Below, one piece after another: positions 1 to 10,946 of a DNA stretch of 64,000 nucleotides (position 1 is the stretch's first letter; the number at the start of each line of letters is the position of its first letter). Source of the stretch: Thermodesulfobacteriota bacterium (lineage in GTDB: Bacteria > Desulfobacterota > Desulfarculia > JACQYL01); the NCBI GenBank assembly GCA_963675595.2, contig CAXXLZ010000001.1, positions 64,001 through 128,000 of the forward strand, given 5' to 3'. The notes beneath the pieces are model-generated. The model was not told the origin of the DNA, did not search any database, and saw only the letters and a list, made by a program, of their open reading frames with translations. The position numbers were made by a program, and so were the translations under genes.

Positions 1-1081
1 GCATGAGTTCCTCGCCGCGGCTCGGGCGATTCGGAATTTCATCATTCTATTCGGTGGCATCTTTCTGGTTTTGACCGTGACGGGCGTCCTGTTCTTCGCA
101 CGGGGCATCAGTAAGCCCATCATGCGCGCAGTGCACCTGATGAATGAGGGAGCCGAGCAAGTCGCCGGAGCTTCCGGAGAGGTGGCCACCGCCGGGCAGT
201 CGCTTGCGGAAGGAGCGTCCGAACAGGCGGCGTCCATTGAGGAAACTTCGTCCTCCTTGGAGCAGATGGCCGCGATGACCAAGCGGAACGCCGAGCATGC
301 GGATCAGGCCAATAGACTCATGCATGAGGTCAGACAGGTGGTTGGTGAGGCTAATGAAAGAATGGCCGGAATGAACGAATCCATGGGGGAAATTTCAAAA
401 TCCAGTTCCGAGATGTCGAAGATCATTAAAACCATTGAAGAAATCGCCTTTCAAACCAACCTGTTGGCTCTGAATGCCGCAGTGGAGGCCGCGCGAGCGG
501 GAGAGGCGGGGGCCGGCTTCGCCGTGGTGGCGGACGAAGTTCGGAACCTGGCCATGCGTGCCGCGGAAGCCGCCAAGAGCACAGGCACCTTGATTGAGGA
601 TACGGGCAGGAAAGTCAACGAGGGCGCGGCACTGGTGAACGAAACCAACGAAGCTTTCTCAAAGGTGGTGGAGAGTTCCAACAAAGTGGGGAGTTTGATC
701 GGAGAGATCGCGGCCGCTTCCACCGAGCAGGCGCAGGGAATTGACCAGGTGAACATAGCGGTTGCCGAGATGGATAAGGTGGTCCAGCAAAATGCGGCCA
801 ATGCGGAGGAGTCGGCGAGCGCTTCGGAGGAGTTGAGCGCTCAGGCCGAGCAGATGAAACGCGTGGTTGCCGATCTGGTGACCGTAGTGGTCGGGGCCGC
901 CAAAGAATCCTCGTCAACGTATGGAGCGTCGAGGCGCTTGGACTCCGGAAAAAGAAGAGGGGCGGCCCGTCCTTTGCGCTTCTCCAAGAGAACAGTCCCG
1001 TCCTTGCGGGACTCCGAGGGAGAGAAATCGGCGCAGGCGCGGCTCATTCCGTTGGATGATGCGGAACTCGGCGAGTTCTGA
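1..1081 (+). CDS. Methyl-accepting chemotaxis protein (5'-truncated by the window edge)
   Basis: Frame is open from base 2. A TM segment precedes the MCP signalling domain with hallmark [37 protein letters not shown]. Confidence 0.95.
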   Translation, partial: HEFLAAARAIRNFIILFGGIFLVLTVTGVLFFARGISKPIMRAVHLMNEGAEQVAGASGEVATAGQSLAEGASEQAASIEETSSSLEQMAAMTKRNAEHADQANRLMHEVRQVVGEANERMAGMNESMGEISKSSSEMSKIIKTIEEIAFQTNLLALNAAVEAARAGEAGAGFAVVADEVRNLAMRAAEAAKSTGTLIEDTGRKVNEGAALVNETNEAFSKVVESSNKVGSLIGEIAAASTEQAQGIDQVNIAVAEMDKVVQQNAANAEESASASEELSAQAEQMKRVVADLVTVVVGAAKESSSTYGASRRLDSGKRRGAARPLRFSKRTVPSLRDSEGEKSAQARLIPLDDAELGEF

Positions 1082-1253
1082 GCAGGTGAAGGTATCCGGC
1101 CTGAAAAGACGGTTGGGGCTTTGGACAAGGATTATACGCGTTGAGTCATTGGGAATGCCGAACAAATAGACGTTGGAGTGCGTCGGATGAGCGCGTTGGA
1201 AAGCGGACGGGCCGGCATCGGGATGGTGTCGGTCACCTGGGAGAGAGCCGAGC

Positions 1254-1901
1254 ATGCTGAACATATTTGAACAAAGAGTGCATGAGTTGGAAAACAGGTA
1301 TCAGCTTCTTGCGGACAATCTGTTTGACGCGATCTGGGTCGTGGATGTGGAGACGATGACCTATGACTATATTACTCCCTCCGTTCAACGAATCAGCGGT
1401 TTGAAATCCGAGGAACTTATCGGTTCGCCCATCAGTGCTCGGATGCCCAAAGAATCGGTTGAGGAAATGTACAGGGTGTTGAATGAGGCTCGGCTGCAGA
1501 CGGAAAAAGGGGCCAACCCCATTCGGACCCTCGAACTTGAACTGATCCATAAGGACGGACATCCCTATTGGGTCGAAATAAAGGCAAAGTTTCTGAAAGA
1601 AGAAGGGAAACCGCTTAAGATCGTCGGAGTGACACGAGATATTACGCTGCGCAAGAATGCCGAGTTGAAACAAAATGAACTGATCCGGAAACTGAATGAG
1701 GCGCTTGCCGAGAAACAGCGCTTGCTCAGAGAAAACAAGATGCTTCGTGATATCCTACCCATATGCAGCGGGTGCAAACGGATCAGAGATGAAAACAATC
1801 GCTGGTGGCCGTTGGATGTGTTTGTGGAGCGTCACACGAAATCCAAATTCAGCCACACGATCTGTCCGGATTGCAGGTCCGTCATCTACGACGAAAGCTG
1901 A
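1254..1901 (+). CDS. PAS/PAC domain protein with C-terminal Cys/His-rich motif
   Basis: PAS/PAC pattern (HKDGHPYWVEI...VGVTRDITLRK), a coiled coil, then LPICSGCKRIRD...FSHTICPDC. Confidence 0.85.
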   Translation: MLNIFEQRVHELENRYQLLADNLFDAIWVVDVETMTYDYITPSVQRISGLKSEELIGSPISARMPKESVEEMYRVLNEARLQTEKGANPIRTLELELIHKDGHPYWVEIKAKFLKEEGKPLKIVGVTRDITLRKNAELKQNELIRKLNEALAEKQRLLRENKMLRDILPICSGCKRIRDENNRWWPLDVFVERHTKSKFSHTICPDCRSVIYDES

Positions 1902-1978
1902 ACCAAGTGGGGGAGTCGGCCGGGGTCCGGTATCCTCGGTGAAAAGGATTCATTGGAACGTAATCCGAGAGGCCGTCT

Positions 1979-4900
1979 GTGGAAACACGTGGGAGCAAAG
2001 CGGTGAAAAGTGCGACCGGGGTATCTTCAAGACCACGATCTTTACAAGTCATGTCGGCTGCGGCCTTTTTTGTCGTAATCGCCGCAGCGCTCCTGGTTTA
2101 TGCAGCCCTGGAAGCGCTGCTCGATGGGGCGAGCCTCCTTGTGATTCCCGCGTTGGCTCTGACGGCGGGCATTATCGGATGGGTCTTGGCTGGGAGAGCG
2201 GTCGAGCCCGTGCGCCGTCTGACGGCGATCGCGTCCAGGATCGCGGCGGGCGAGAGAGGTTTGCGGACCGTGGTCGGCGGCCCTCGAGAGTTGGCGGAAT
2301 TTTCCGCGGCCTTCGACGGAATGACGGCTCAACTCCAGGATAGCCTCAGAGAGATGGAGCGGCGTTTCGCCGGAGTGAAGCAAACGGAAGAGGCCTTGCG
2401 AATCAGTGAAGAACGACTTCGGCTGGCGCTCGACGGGACTTCCGACGGGATCTGGGATTGGGATGTCCGAACCGGACAAACATACTTCAGCCCTCGCTAC
2501 TACACCATGCTGGGTTACGTACCCGATGAGTTTCCACCATCATACGAAAGTTGGCTGGAACGATTGCATCCGGATGACGCACAAGCCGCCGAGGAGGCGG
2601 TCCGGCGCAGCGTGGAAGCCCACGTGCCCTTTGTGATAGAGTTCCGGTTCAAAAAGAAAAACGGAGAGTGGTGCTGGCTCTTGGGGCGCGGCAAAGTCGT
2701 GGAGTCGGACGAGAATGGGAATGCCGTTCGGGTGGCCGGTTCTCACACGGACATAACGGAGCGCAAGCAGGCGGAAGTCGACTTGCTTCAGGAGAAGCTC
2801 TTCTCGGATACGCTCATTCACGCCATGCCCGGAATTCTCTGTGTCTTCGATGAACAACAGAGGTTCGTGAGATGGAACAGAAGGTTCGAGGAAATCGGCG
2901 GTTACACGGGGGAGGAGATTCGCGGCATGGGGCCGACGGACTTCTTCGTCGGGGAGGATTCGCCACGTGTCGTTGGGAAGATCAAGGAAGCGTTAACCCA
3001 AGGGCAAGCGGAAACAGAAGCCGACTTTGTCACCAAAGACCGGAGGAGCATCCCATACCACTTTAAAGGGGTACGGTTCTCCATCGACGGGAAACCTCAC
3101 CTTCTCGGCATCGGTGTCGACATCACCGAGCGGAGACGGTCCGAGGAGGCGCTTGAACGACGCATTGCCGCATTGACTCGGCCGTTGGATGCCGAGGAAG
3201 GGATTGCTTTTGAAGACCTTTACGACCTGTCCGAGATTCAGCGTTTGCAGGACCTGTACGCGGAAGCCTTCGGGGTGGCGGCCCTGATTACCCGTCCGGA
3301 TGGAACGCCCATCACGCAACCCAGTAATTTCTGTGAACTCTGCGGTCGGTTCATTCGCACCAGTCCGGTGGGACTCAAGAACTGCATGCATTCCGACGCC
3401 ATGATCGGGATGCACAATCCCGCGGGCCCCAACATCATGCCGTGCCTTAGCGCCGGTTTGTGCAATGCCGGCGTCAGCATTACGGTGGGCGGACATCATG
3501 TGGCCAACTGGCTGATCGGCCAAGTGCGCAATGAAAACCAAAAAGAAGAAGAGATCATGGAATACGCCCGCGAACTCGGCGCGGACGAAGATGCGTTTCG
3601 TGCCGCCTATCGAGAAGTGCCCGTCATGTCTCAGGAGCAGTTCGACAAACTGGCTCACGTGCTTTTCGAGTTGGCCAATCAGATATCCAGGGCCGCCTAT
3701 CAAAACGTCCAACAAGCGAGGTTCATTGCCGAATACACCCGATCGGAGGAGCAACGGAAGGAGATTTCCGAGCGATTCCAGACGGTTTTTCAGGAAGCGC
3801 CCATGGGCATCAACATAGTATTCCCGGACGGTCGCTATGTCGATGCGAACGACTACCTGCTGAAAGCTCTTGGTTACTCGCTGGAAGAGATCAGGACCAA
3901 AACCGTTTTCGACATTACGCATCCCGATGATCGCTCGGACACGGACGAACTCGCGGACCAGCTCCGCTCGGGACGGATGGAATCGTACGAAATGAGGAAG
4001 CGCTACCTGAAAAAGGACGGCGGCATATTGTGGGGTCGACTACGCACAAGGGCCCTTCGCAACGAAGACGGGGAGCTCAGGTATTGCATCGGCATTATCG
4101 AAGACATCACGGAGCAACACCAAGCGCAGCAGCATACCGCCAGGCTGCTTCAAGCAATCGAAAGCACGGTGGACGGCATCGGGATTGCCGACATGGAAAG
4201 AGACGTCATCTATATGAATCATTCATTGGAAATTATGAGCGGCTACGGCATTGAGGAATTGAACGAAAAAGGCGGGCCCCCGGCTTTGTACGCCGAACAT
4301 GACCTTGCCGAGCAAGCCATATCCGGGGCGTTCGAGGGACGTGCCTGGCGCGGGGAATTGACCTTGGTACGCAAAGACGGGAAGACCGTGCCCATCGAAA
4401 TTTCCACTGATCCCATTTTCGACGAAGCCGGCAACTTGATCGGCGCCATCGGCACGCACCGGGATATTTCGGAACGAAAGGCGTACGAGGGCCGGTTAAG
4501 GAAATACGAGCAAATGGTTTCGGCCTCCAGCGACCAAATGGTGATGGTGGGACGAGGTCTGTTCTATGAAGCGGCGAACAAAAAGGCTCTTGAGTACGTG
4601 GGATGGTCCAGGGAAGATCTTGTCGGTCGAGCCGTCGGCAGCGCGTTCACTGATGAGAGCCTACGCGCCCAAGGACTGGCCGCCCTGGAACAAGCATTCG
4701 CCGGTGAGACTGTGAATTATCAGCGCTATATCGACTATCCTCACCTCGGCCGTCGGTATATAGACGTATGGTATTCCCCCGTGCTTGATGAGCAGGGGGG
4801 TGTGGAAAGCGTGGTCATCAACGCGCGGGACCTGACGGAGAACAAGAAGCTGGAAGAACAGCTGATGCAGTCCCAAAGGATCGAATCCCTGGGAACACTC

Positions 4901-5587
4901 GCGGGGGGCGTGGCCCATGAGATCAACAACCCCATCAACGGCATCATGAATTACGCACAGCTCATCATGGATCGTGCGGAAGAGGGAAGCCCTTCGAAGG
5001 AATTCGCCGGTGAAATCATCCATGAGACCCAACGCGTGGCCGGCATCGTGCGCAACCTGCTCACTTTTGCCCGACACGAAAAACAGGCCCACAGCCCGGG
5101 CCGGATGGAAGACATCGTGGCTTCCGTGCTTTCCCTGATTCAGACGGTCATGCGTCACGATCAGATCGATCTTCACATCGAAATTCAGGAAGGGTTGCCC
5201 AAGTTCAAGTGCCGGAGTCAGCAGATTCAGCAGGTGCTCATGAATCTGATGACCAACGCACGGGATGCGCTCAATGAGCGCTATCCGGAATACAGCCCGG
5301 AAAAGCGGTTGAGCGTCTCCGCGCGATTGCTCGACAAGGCGGGGAAAAGATTCATTCGAACCACGGTGGAGGATACGGGTATGGGGATCGCACCGGAAAT
5401 CCGGGACCGGATCTTCGATCCCTTTTTCACCACCAAGCCTAAAGAAACCGGCACGGGTCTGGGGCTTTCCATCAGCTACGGCATTGTGAGGGATCACCAC
5501 GGAGAATTAACCATTGAGAGTGAAGCCGGGCGCTACACGCGTTTTCACATGGACCTGCCCGTGGATAACGGCTGGACGCTTTCATAG
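1979..5587 (+). CDS. Membrane sensor histidine kinase (2 TM, HAMP, multiple PAS, PocR, HisKA, HATPase)
   Basis: HAMP after the TM helices, several PAS/PAC repeats, a PocR-like segment ([19 protein letters not shown]...NFCELC), H-box AHEINNP and G-boxes FFTTK/GTGLGL. Start codon uncertain. Confidence 0.92.
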   Translation: METRGSKAVKSATGVSSRPRSLQVMSAAAFFVVIAAALLVYAALEALLDGASLLVIPALALTAGIIGWVLAGRAVEPVRRLTAIASRIAAGERGLRTVVGGPRELAEFSAAFDGMTAQLQDSLREMERRFAGVKQTEEALRISEERLRLALDGTSDGIWDWDVRTGQTYFSPRYYTMLGYVPDEFPPSYESWLERLHPDDAQAAEEAVRRSVEAHVPFVIEFRFKKKNGEWCWLLGRGKVVESDENGNAVRVAGSHTDITERKQAEVDLLQEKLFSDTLIHAMPGILCVFDEQQRFVRWNRRFEEIGGYTGEEIRGMGPTDFFVGEDSPRVVGKIKEALTQGQAETEADFVTKDRRSIPYHFKGVRFSIDGKPHLLGIGVDITERRRSEEALERRIAALTRPLDAEEGIAFEDLYDLSEIQRLQDLYAEAFGVAALITRPDGTPITQPSNFCELCGRFIRTSPVGLKNCMHSDAMIGMHNPAGPNIMPCLSAGLCNAGVSITVGGHHVANWLIGQVRNENQKEEEIMEYARELGADEDAFRAAYREVPVMSQEQFDKLAHVLFELANQISRAAYQNVQQARFIAEYTRSEEQRKEISERFQTVFQEAPMGINIVFPDGRYVDANDYLLKALGYSLEEIRTKTVFDITHPDDRSDTDELADQLRSGRMESYEMRKRYLKKDGGILWGRLRTRALRNEDGELRYCIGIIEDITEQHQAQQHTARLLQAIESTVDGIGIADMERDVIYMNHSLEIMSGYGIEELNEKGGPPALYAEHDLAEQAISGAFEGRAWRGELTLVRKDGKTVPIEISTDPIFDEAGNLIGAIGTHRDISERKAYEGRLRKYEQMVSASSDQMVMVGRGLFYEAANKKALEYVGWSREDLVGRAVGSAFTDESLRAQGLAALEQAFAGETVNYQRYIDYPHLGRRYIDVWYSPVLDEQGGVESVVINARDLTENKKLEEQLMQSQRIESLGTLAGGVAHEINNPINGIMNYAQLIMDRAEEGSPSKEFAGEIIHETQRVAGIVRNLLTFARHEKQAHSPGRMEDIVASVLSLIQTVMRHDQIDLHIEIQEGLPKFKCRSQQIQQVLMNLMTNARDALNERYPEYSPEKRLSVSARLLDKAGKRFIRTTVEDTGMGIAPEIRDRIFDPFFTTKPKETGTGLGLSISYGIVRDHHGELTIESEAGRYTRFHMDLPVDNGWTLS

Positions 5588-5604
5588 ACGCTGGGACGAA
5601 AAAG

Positions 5605-7788
5605 ATGGCTAGTATCCTGATTGTTGATGACGAACGGAGCATTCGCATAACACTCAAGGCCTTCTTGGAAGACGAGGGATACCGAGTGGAAACCGCGGAA
5701 GAGGCCGAGTCCGCCATGGCGATCCTGAAAGAAAGACCGGTGGATGTGGTCTTGACGGACATCATCCTGCCGAAAGTGTCCGGAGTCCAGCTACTCCGAC
5801 GGATCCGGGGGGCGTTGCCCGACGTCCCGGTCATCATGATGACCGGGGAGCCTTCCCTGGAGACGGCTTCGGAATCGTTACGACATGGGGCTGTGGATTA
5901 TCTACAGAAACCCGTGGGAAAGATCGACATTGTCAAGACCGTTCGGAATGTTCTCCGAGTCAAACAGCTGAACGACGAGAAGAGACGTCTTGAGGAAGAG
6001 AACAAACAATATCTCAACCACTTGGAGGAATTGGTCGCCAAACGAACCCGGGCGCTCACATCGAGCGAAGCCGCCCTCCGTCGCCGGGCGGAAGAACTCG
6101 ACGTCCTGAACCATCTGGCACGTGGGGTGGGGGAGAGCATAACGGTGGATGCAACCATTCGGACGGGAATGCGACATATCGTTGAAGCCGTTTCACCGGA
6201 CTTGGCGGTGGTGTTTCTCCTGGACGGCGACAGCCTGGTTACCAGGGGCCTGTATCCCGAAGAGGTGGGAAAACTGTGGCAACCTGAAACGGATCGTCGC
6301 GTCGGGGAATGCCTTTGCGGCCTCTGCATCTCGGAGGACAAGCCCGCCTATTCCCTGGATGTTCATTCCGACGATCGTTGCACGCTGGACGAGTGTGAGA
6401 AGGCAGGCTTCTCTTCCTTCGTGGCCCTCAATCTGAAAAGCGGGTCAGAGACGCTCGGGGTACTCGGGCTTGGATCGGAACGGCCGAGAGATTTCGCTCA
6501 GGACGGTCCGTTCTTGGAGGCTCTTGCCAACGAGTTGGCGGTGGGCCTCAAAAAGAGCTTGCTCTATGAGCAATTGGAGCAGCGGGCCAAAGAAATCCAG
6601 GAGAGTCTCACCCGAATACGGGAGGGCGAAGCCGAACGGCTTCGCTTGGAGGCCCAACTGCACCAGTCTCAGAAAATGGAGGCCATTGGGACCCTTGCCG
6701 GCGGCATTGCGCACGATTTCAACAACATCCTTTCCGCGTTGCTCGGGTATACACAGCTGGCTCTCAGTGTGTTGGAAGGAAACGACCGCGTTCAACGTTA
6801 CTTGAACGAAGTGTTGACGGCCGGAGCCCGTGCCAAAGACCTGGTTCAGCAGATTATGACCTTCAGCCGCCAGGGCGACCAGACGGTGAAGCCGATTCAC
6901 CTCAAGCCCATCGCGGGGGAGGTGATCAAACTGCTTCGTGCCTCCCTGCCGTCCACTATCGAGATTCGCGAGAGCATGCAAAGCCGGTCGGCGATCATGG
7001 GGGATGCCACCAGGATTCATCAGGTACTCATGAATCTGTGTACCAATGCCGCTCATGCCATGCGGAACAAGGGCGGCCTATTGGAGGTACGAATCGACGA
7101 CATGGTTATGTCTTCCGAGGACAAGAAGCCATACACCGACCTTCTGCCCGGTTCCTATGTGCATCTGATGGTGAGTGATACGGGGCACGGGATGTCGAAG
7201 CACGTTCTGGATCGAATCTTCGATCCCTTTTTCACCACGAAGGAAAAAGAGGAAGGGACCGGTTTGGGCCTTTCGGTGGTGCACGGCATCGTGGGCCGCT
7301 TGGGGGGCGTCATCAAGGTTCGAAGCGTGGAGGGACAGGGGTCCACCTTTGATGTCTTTCTTCCCGCCGTCACCCATGAAGAACAAACGGCGATCCCGAC
7401 GGATGGATCACCCACGCGTGGAAAGGAGAGCGTCCTTTTCGTCGACGATGAGCCCATGTTGGTGGATATCGCCAAAAACATGCTTCAATCCCTGGGATAT
7501 AACGTAACCATCAGAACCAGTCCCATAGAAGCGCTGGAATTGTTTCGGTCGCATCCCGGCGATTTCGATGTGCTCATCACCGACCTGACCATGCCCAAAA
7601 TGACCGGAGATCAGCTGGCTCGAGAAATCAGAAAGTTGAACTCAAATATACCGATCATACTGTGCACCGGTTTCAGTTCCATGATGTCTCATGAACAGAT
7701 CGAGGAAATGGGGATTCAAGCCCTGCTCATGAAGCCCGTCCTCAGTCAGAAGCTCGTCGAAACGATCAGGGAGGTTTGTTCCCACTAG
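5605..7788 (+). CDS. Hybrid kinase/response regulator (REC-GAF-HisKA-HATPase-REC)
   Basis: N-terminal REC (ILIVDD...TDIILP), a GAF domain with ECLCG, AHDFNN, GTGLGL, and a C-terminal REC (FVDDE...TDLTMP). Confidence 0.93.
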   Translation: MASILIVDDERSIRITLKAFLEDEGYRVETAEEAESAMAILKERPVDVVLTDIILPKVSGVQLLRRIRGALPDVPVIMMTGEPSLETASESLRHGAVDYLQKPVGKIDIVKTVRNVLRVKQLNDEKRRLEEENKQYLNHLEELVAKRTRALTSSEAALRRRAEELDVLNHLARGVGESITVDATIRTGMRHIVEAVSPDLAVVFLLDGDSLVTRGLYPEEVGKLWQPETDRRVGECLCGLCISEDKPAYSLDVHSDDRCTLDECEKAGFSSFVALNLKSGSETLGVLGLGSERPRDFAQDGPFLEALANELAVGLKKSLLYEQLEQRAKEIQESLTRIREGEAERLRLEAQLHQSQKMEAIGTLAGGIAHDFNNILSALLGYTQLALSVLEGNDRVQRYLNEVLTAGARAKDLVQQIMTFSRQGDQTVKPIHLKPIAGEVIKLLRASLPSTIEIRESMQSRSAIMGDATRIHQVLMNLCTNAAHAMRNKGGLLEVRIDDMVMSSEDKKPYTDLLPGSYVHLMVSDTGHGMSKHVLDRIFDPFFTTKEKEEGTGLGLSVVHGIVGRLGGVIKVRSVEGQGSTFDVFLPAVTHEEQTAIPTDGSPTRGKESVLFVDDEPMLVDIAKNMLQSLGYNVTIRTSPIEALELFRSHPGDFDVLITDLTMPKMTGDQLAREIRKLNSNIPIILCTGFSSMMSHEQIEEMGIQALLMKPVLSQKLVETIREVCSH

Positions 7789-8083
7789 AGGCGGAGTGCC
7801 GGCCGGAACGGAATCGGCCGTCCCTCGCCCGATTCGCCCTCTCCATCCCTCGCCCCGTTGCTTTGCAGGGCGATCATGCCCGTCCCCCGTTCACGAAACT
7901 TGCCGTGAAAAATCATGAAATCCATGAGATAAAACCATGGTTTGGTGAATTGTGCCGATCCGCCAAGGAATGTAGAATGATTTCATGGGAAGCGAAAGCC
8001 GGTCGTCCCAAACAGCCGGCGATTCTTATACCGATTCCGGCGAAAACCGCTGAACCATCCGCCCCACGGGCCTACGGAAGACC

Positions 8084-9295
8084 ATGCTCAAAAGACTCAA
8101 ACATCGCTTGGAGCGGCGGGGACTCCCCGTGAGTCTGTTGGGCAGAGTCCTGCCCGTGCGCGACATGTTGTCGGCCTCATCGACCCGGCACGCGTTTCTC
8201 GAATTCACCACTCGATGCAATCTCAATTGCGTGTATTGCGCCTCCAACTTGCCTCATTACTTGCGTACGGATATGGACCTGACCCATTTCTCACAACTGG
8301 CGGACACGCTTCGCCGACGAAAAGTGGCTCGGGCGGCTGTCCACGGACACGGAGAAACCACCATTGTCGACGGCTGGTATCGCTATTGCCGCATCCTCCT
8401 GGACCGGGGGATGGACCTGTCCATCATCACCAACATGGCAAAACCGTTGAACGACGACGAAGTCGGCGTATTGGCGCGATTTGAGCGGATCGAGGTGAGT
8501 TGCGACACCGCGAACCCGGAATTGTTCCGTCGGCTCAGGCGGGGGGCGACGCTCCCAACGTTGAGCGCCAATTGCAGAAAGGTCGCCGCCGCAGCGGCGA
8601 CGGAGAGGATTGTCCGGCCCGAACTGGGAATCAGTGCGGTGGTTTCGGATCGTACCGTGTTTGAATTACCGGACTTGGTATCCTTCGGTCTGGAATTGGG
8701 GGTTCGACGTTTCGCCTTCTCAGACCTGGTGGAATATCCCCATGTGAAGAACGCCGACCGGGTACGGCCGGTTTCAAGCCTTGGGGCGGAAGAAGTGCGT
8801 CGGATTCCATCGGTGATTCAACAGGTTCTGAAAATGGCCGGAAAACGAGGAGCGGTTTGCGAGTTTCAGCCGAGCCTGCTCGACATCCGGGAAAGAGAGC
8901 GTGGGGTCGTCCGGGAGGAACGTTCCGAAACGGTTTCGGCGCAAGCCCCAAACCCCGCGTCGCGCCGACCGTCGCCGGGGCAAACCCGCGATTGTCTGGA
9001 TCCTTGGGACGTGGTGTTTTTCGCCGCCGACGGGTCCATCCGTCCCTGTTGCGGCACCATCGACCCGGTGGGAAACACGGCCGAGGATTCGGCGTGCGAC
9101 TCCGTGTGGAACGACGAACCCTTTCGCGCGTACCGTCGGGGATTACTTACCGGCGATCTGAAACCCGCGTGCCGAAACTGCTCCATGCGCGGCTGGACCA
9201 CCGTGGAGAACCTATGCGACAAGGTTCGCCTGCTGAAATTCCTTCGCGGAATGCAGGATGCGCTTCCAAAGCGATGGCGGGCAAAGGGGGGTTGA
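8084..9295 (+). CDS. Radical SAM protein with SPASM/twitch domain
   Basis: CNLNCVYC motif; C-terminal CLDPW...DGSIRPCC...CRNC. Confidence 0.88.
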   Translation: MLKRLKHRLERRGLPVSLLGRVLPVRDMLSASSTRHAFLEFTTRCNLNCVYCASNLPHYLRTDMDLTHFSQLADTLRRRKVARAAVHGHGETTIVDGWYRYCRILLDRGMDLSIITNMAKPLNDDEVGVLARFERIEVSCDTANPELFRRLRRGATLPTLSANCRKVAAAAATERIVRPELGISAVVSDRTVFELPDLVSFGLELGVRRFAFSDLVEYPHVKNADRVRPVSSLGAEEVRRIPSVIQQVLKMAGKRGAVCEFQPSLLDIRERERGVVREERSETVSAQAPNPASRRPSPGQTRDCLDPWDVVFFAADGSIRPCCGTIDPVGNTAEDSACDSVWNDEPFRAYRRGLLTGDLKPACRNCSMRGWTTVENLCDKVRLLKFLRGMQDALPKRWRAKGG

Positions 9296-9462
9296 TCAAA
9301 CGGAAGCGAAATCGACTGTTTGTTTAGTGGGGCGGGGTGCCGTTGCATGGACGGAATATTGGAACGAGGCTGTCGGGTGTCTTGATCAAGAAACCTCAAC
9401 CGCCTGAAAATAGGATCGAGGGAGGACTCCTTCGAGAGTTCTCCCCCGCGAGGATTTGAATC

Positions 9463-10650
9463 CTATCCTACCTTCACCACCAACGCAGCCGCCGTATCCC
9501 CCGCGGCGCAGCCCGTGAACAGGCCGTAGCCGCCGCCCAGCATAGCCAGTTCCTCAATGAGCTCGATGGTGCAACGCGCGCCCGTGGGTCCCTGAGGATG
9601 CCCGAAAATCAGGGACGAGCCGTAGTTGTTCACAATCTCCGGATTCATGTCCATCTGTCGCATCATGTTGAGGTCGTTCAGGGCAAAGGGGTTGTGGGTC
9701 TTCACCGCTTTGAGGTCCGCAACTTTGACGCCGGCGCGGTCCAGGGCCATCTGTGCCGCCGGTACCACGGCCAGGGCCATGAAGCCCTTTTTGGCGCGAG
9801 CGAAGCCGTAGGACAGGAGCTGGATCGTAACGTTCCTGTCTTGGGAAAGACTCGCGGCCTTGTCCTTGCCGGCTACGATCACAGCGGCGTTTCCGTCGGC
9901 GGGATGCGTCTGGGAGCCGAATGTGTGAATTCCGCCGGGGAGCACGGGTTTCAGCTTGGCGAGACCGTCCTGAGTGGTTTCGTAGATGCCTTCGTCCTGC
10001 TCAATGGTCTTGACCGCTTTTCCCATTCGGATATCGGCGCCGACCATGTACCGTTTCTGGAAGGCTCGGCCGTTCTTCAGACTCTCGAGATACTGCCCGT
10101 AGCGCCTCAACGTCAGTTCGTCACATTCTTCCCGCGTGAAGCTCGTTTCCTGAGCCACGTTTTCCGCCGTCTGAATCATGGCGTTCATGGCCCAGGGATC
10201 GTGGTTGAAGTTGTTCATGACCCAATCGTCGCTCACGGGCATGCCGCCGGGTCCCATGGGATTGGGGTATACCAGGTGGGGACCGTTGGAACAGCGATCC
10301 GCCGTCACGGCCAACACCGCTTGGTTGACGTCCGATTCCACGGCCATGCCGGCATGAGCGATTTCCGTGGCCGCGGTGGCGCAGGCTTGGCTGAAAATCG
10401 GCCCGCTGATTCCTTCCGCTCCGATTATGCCGGCAAGCCAGGGGGCACCATAGAAACAACTCACCTGGGGAATCGTGTACCCCAGAAACAGGGCATCGAA
10501 TGCCTTGGGGTCGATGTTTCTTTCGGTCAGAAACTTCCGGGTCACCGTTCCCGCCAGCTCAATGGCGTTTTCCGACTGGAAGCTTCCCTGCCAGCGACAA
10601 AAAGGAGAACTGAAATACCCCCCGTAAGGAATGAACGCCTTGGTAAACAT
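9463..10650 (-). CDS. Thiolase family protein (acetyl-CoA C-acyltransferase)
   Basis: QACAT, THNPF, GSSLIFGHPQGPTG and GCAAG motifs. ATG at 10650 is preceded by AGGAGG. Confidence 0.92.
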   Translation of the reverse strand: MFTKAFIPYGGYFSSPFCRWQGSFQSENAIELAGTVTRKFLTERNIDPKAFDALFLGYTIPQVSCFYGAPWLAGIIGAEGISGPIFSQACATAATEIAHAGMAVESDVNQAVLAVTADRCSNGPHLVYPNPMGPGGMPVSDDWVMNNFNHDPWAMNAMIQTAENVAQETSFTREECDELTLRRYGQYLESLKNGRAFQKRYMVGADIRMGKAVKTIEQDEGIYETTQDGLAKLKPVLPGGIHTFGSQTHPADGNAAVIVAGKDKAASLSQDRNVTIQLLSYGFARAKKGFMALAVVPAAQMALDRAGVKVADLKAVKTHNPFALNDLNMMRQMDMNPEIVNNYGSSLIFGHPQGPTGARCTIELIEELAMLGGGYGLFTGCAAGDTAAALVVKVG

Positions 10651-10717
10651 GGAACCTCCTTGTACTCGTGAAATTGAGGGAATACCGATACTCAATATAG
10701 GGGACTCTATTTTTTTT

Positions 10718-10932
10718 GGGAAACCCTTCTGAAGAAGGGTTTCCCAAGCCCTTCCCAAGACTTTTCAAGTGGGGGTTACCCGCCTTCGGCGTGAAACCTT
10801 GCAGTGAACCTGAGTCAATTTGATCTCCCACACGGAGGTGCCTCCGAAGCCCCTCCGCCGGAGGCGGCGGGGCCTACTTGAAAGGCTTTGGAAGGGGGAG
10901 TGGGGGAAGACTTTCTCGAAAGTCTTCCCCCA
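10718..10932. repeat. Inverted pair of REP-like hairpin repeats (10718-10770 and 10876-10932)
   Basis: Hairpins GGGAAACCCTTCT-GA-AGAAGGGTTTCCC and GGGGAAGACTTT-CTCG-AAAGTCTTCCCC. Each has a CCCTTCC(C/A)AAG-like tail ending TTCAAGT, and the two face each other. Confidence 0.8.
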
Positions 10933-10946
10933 CACACCGTAGAAAT

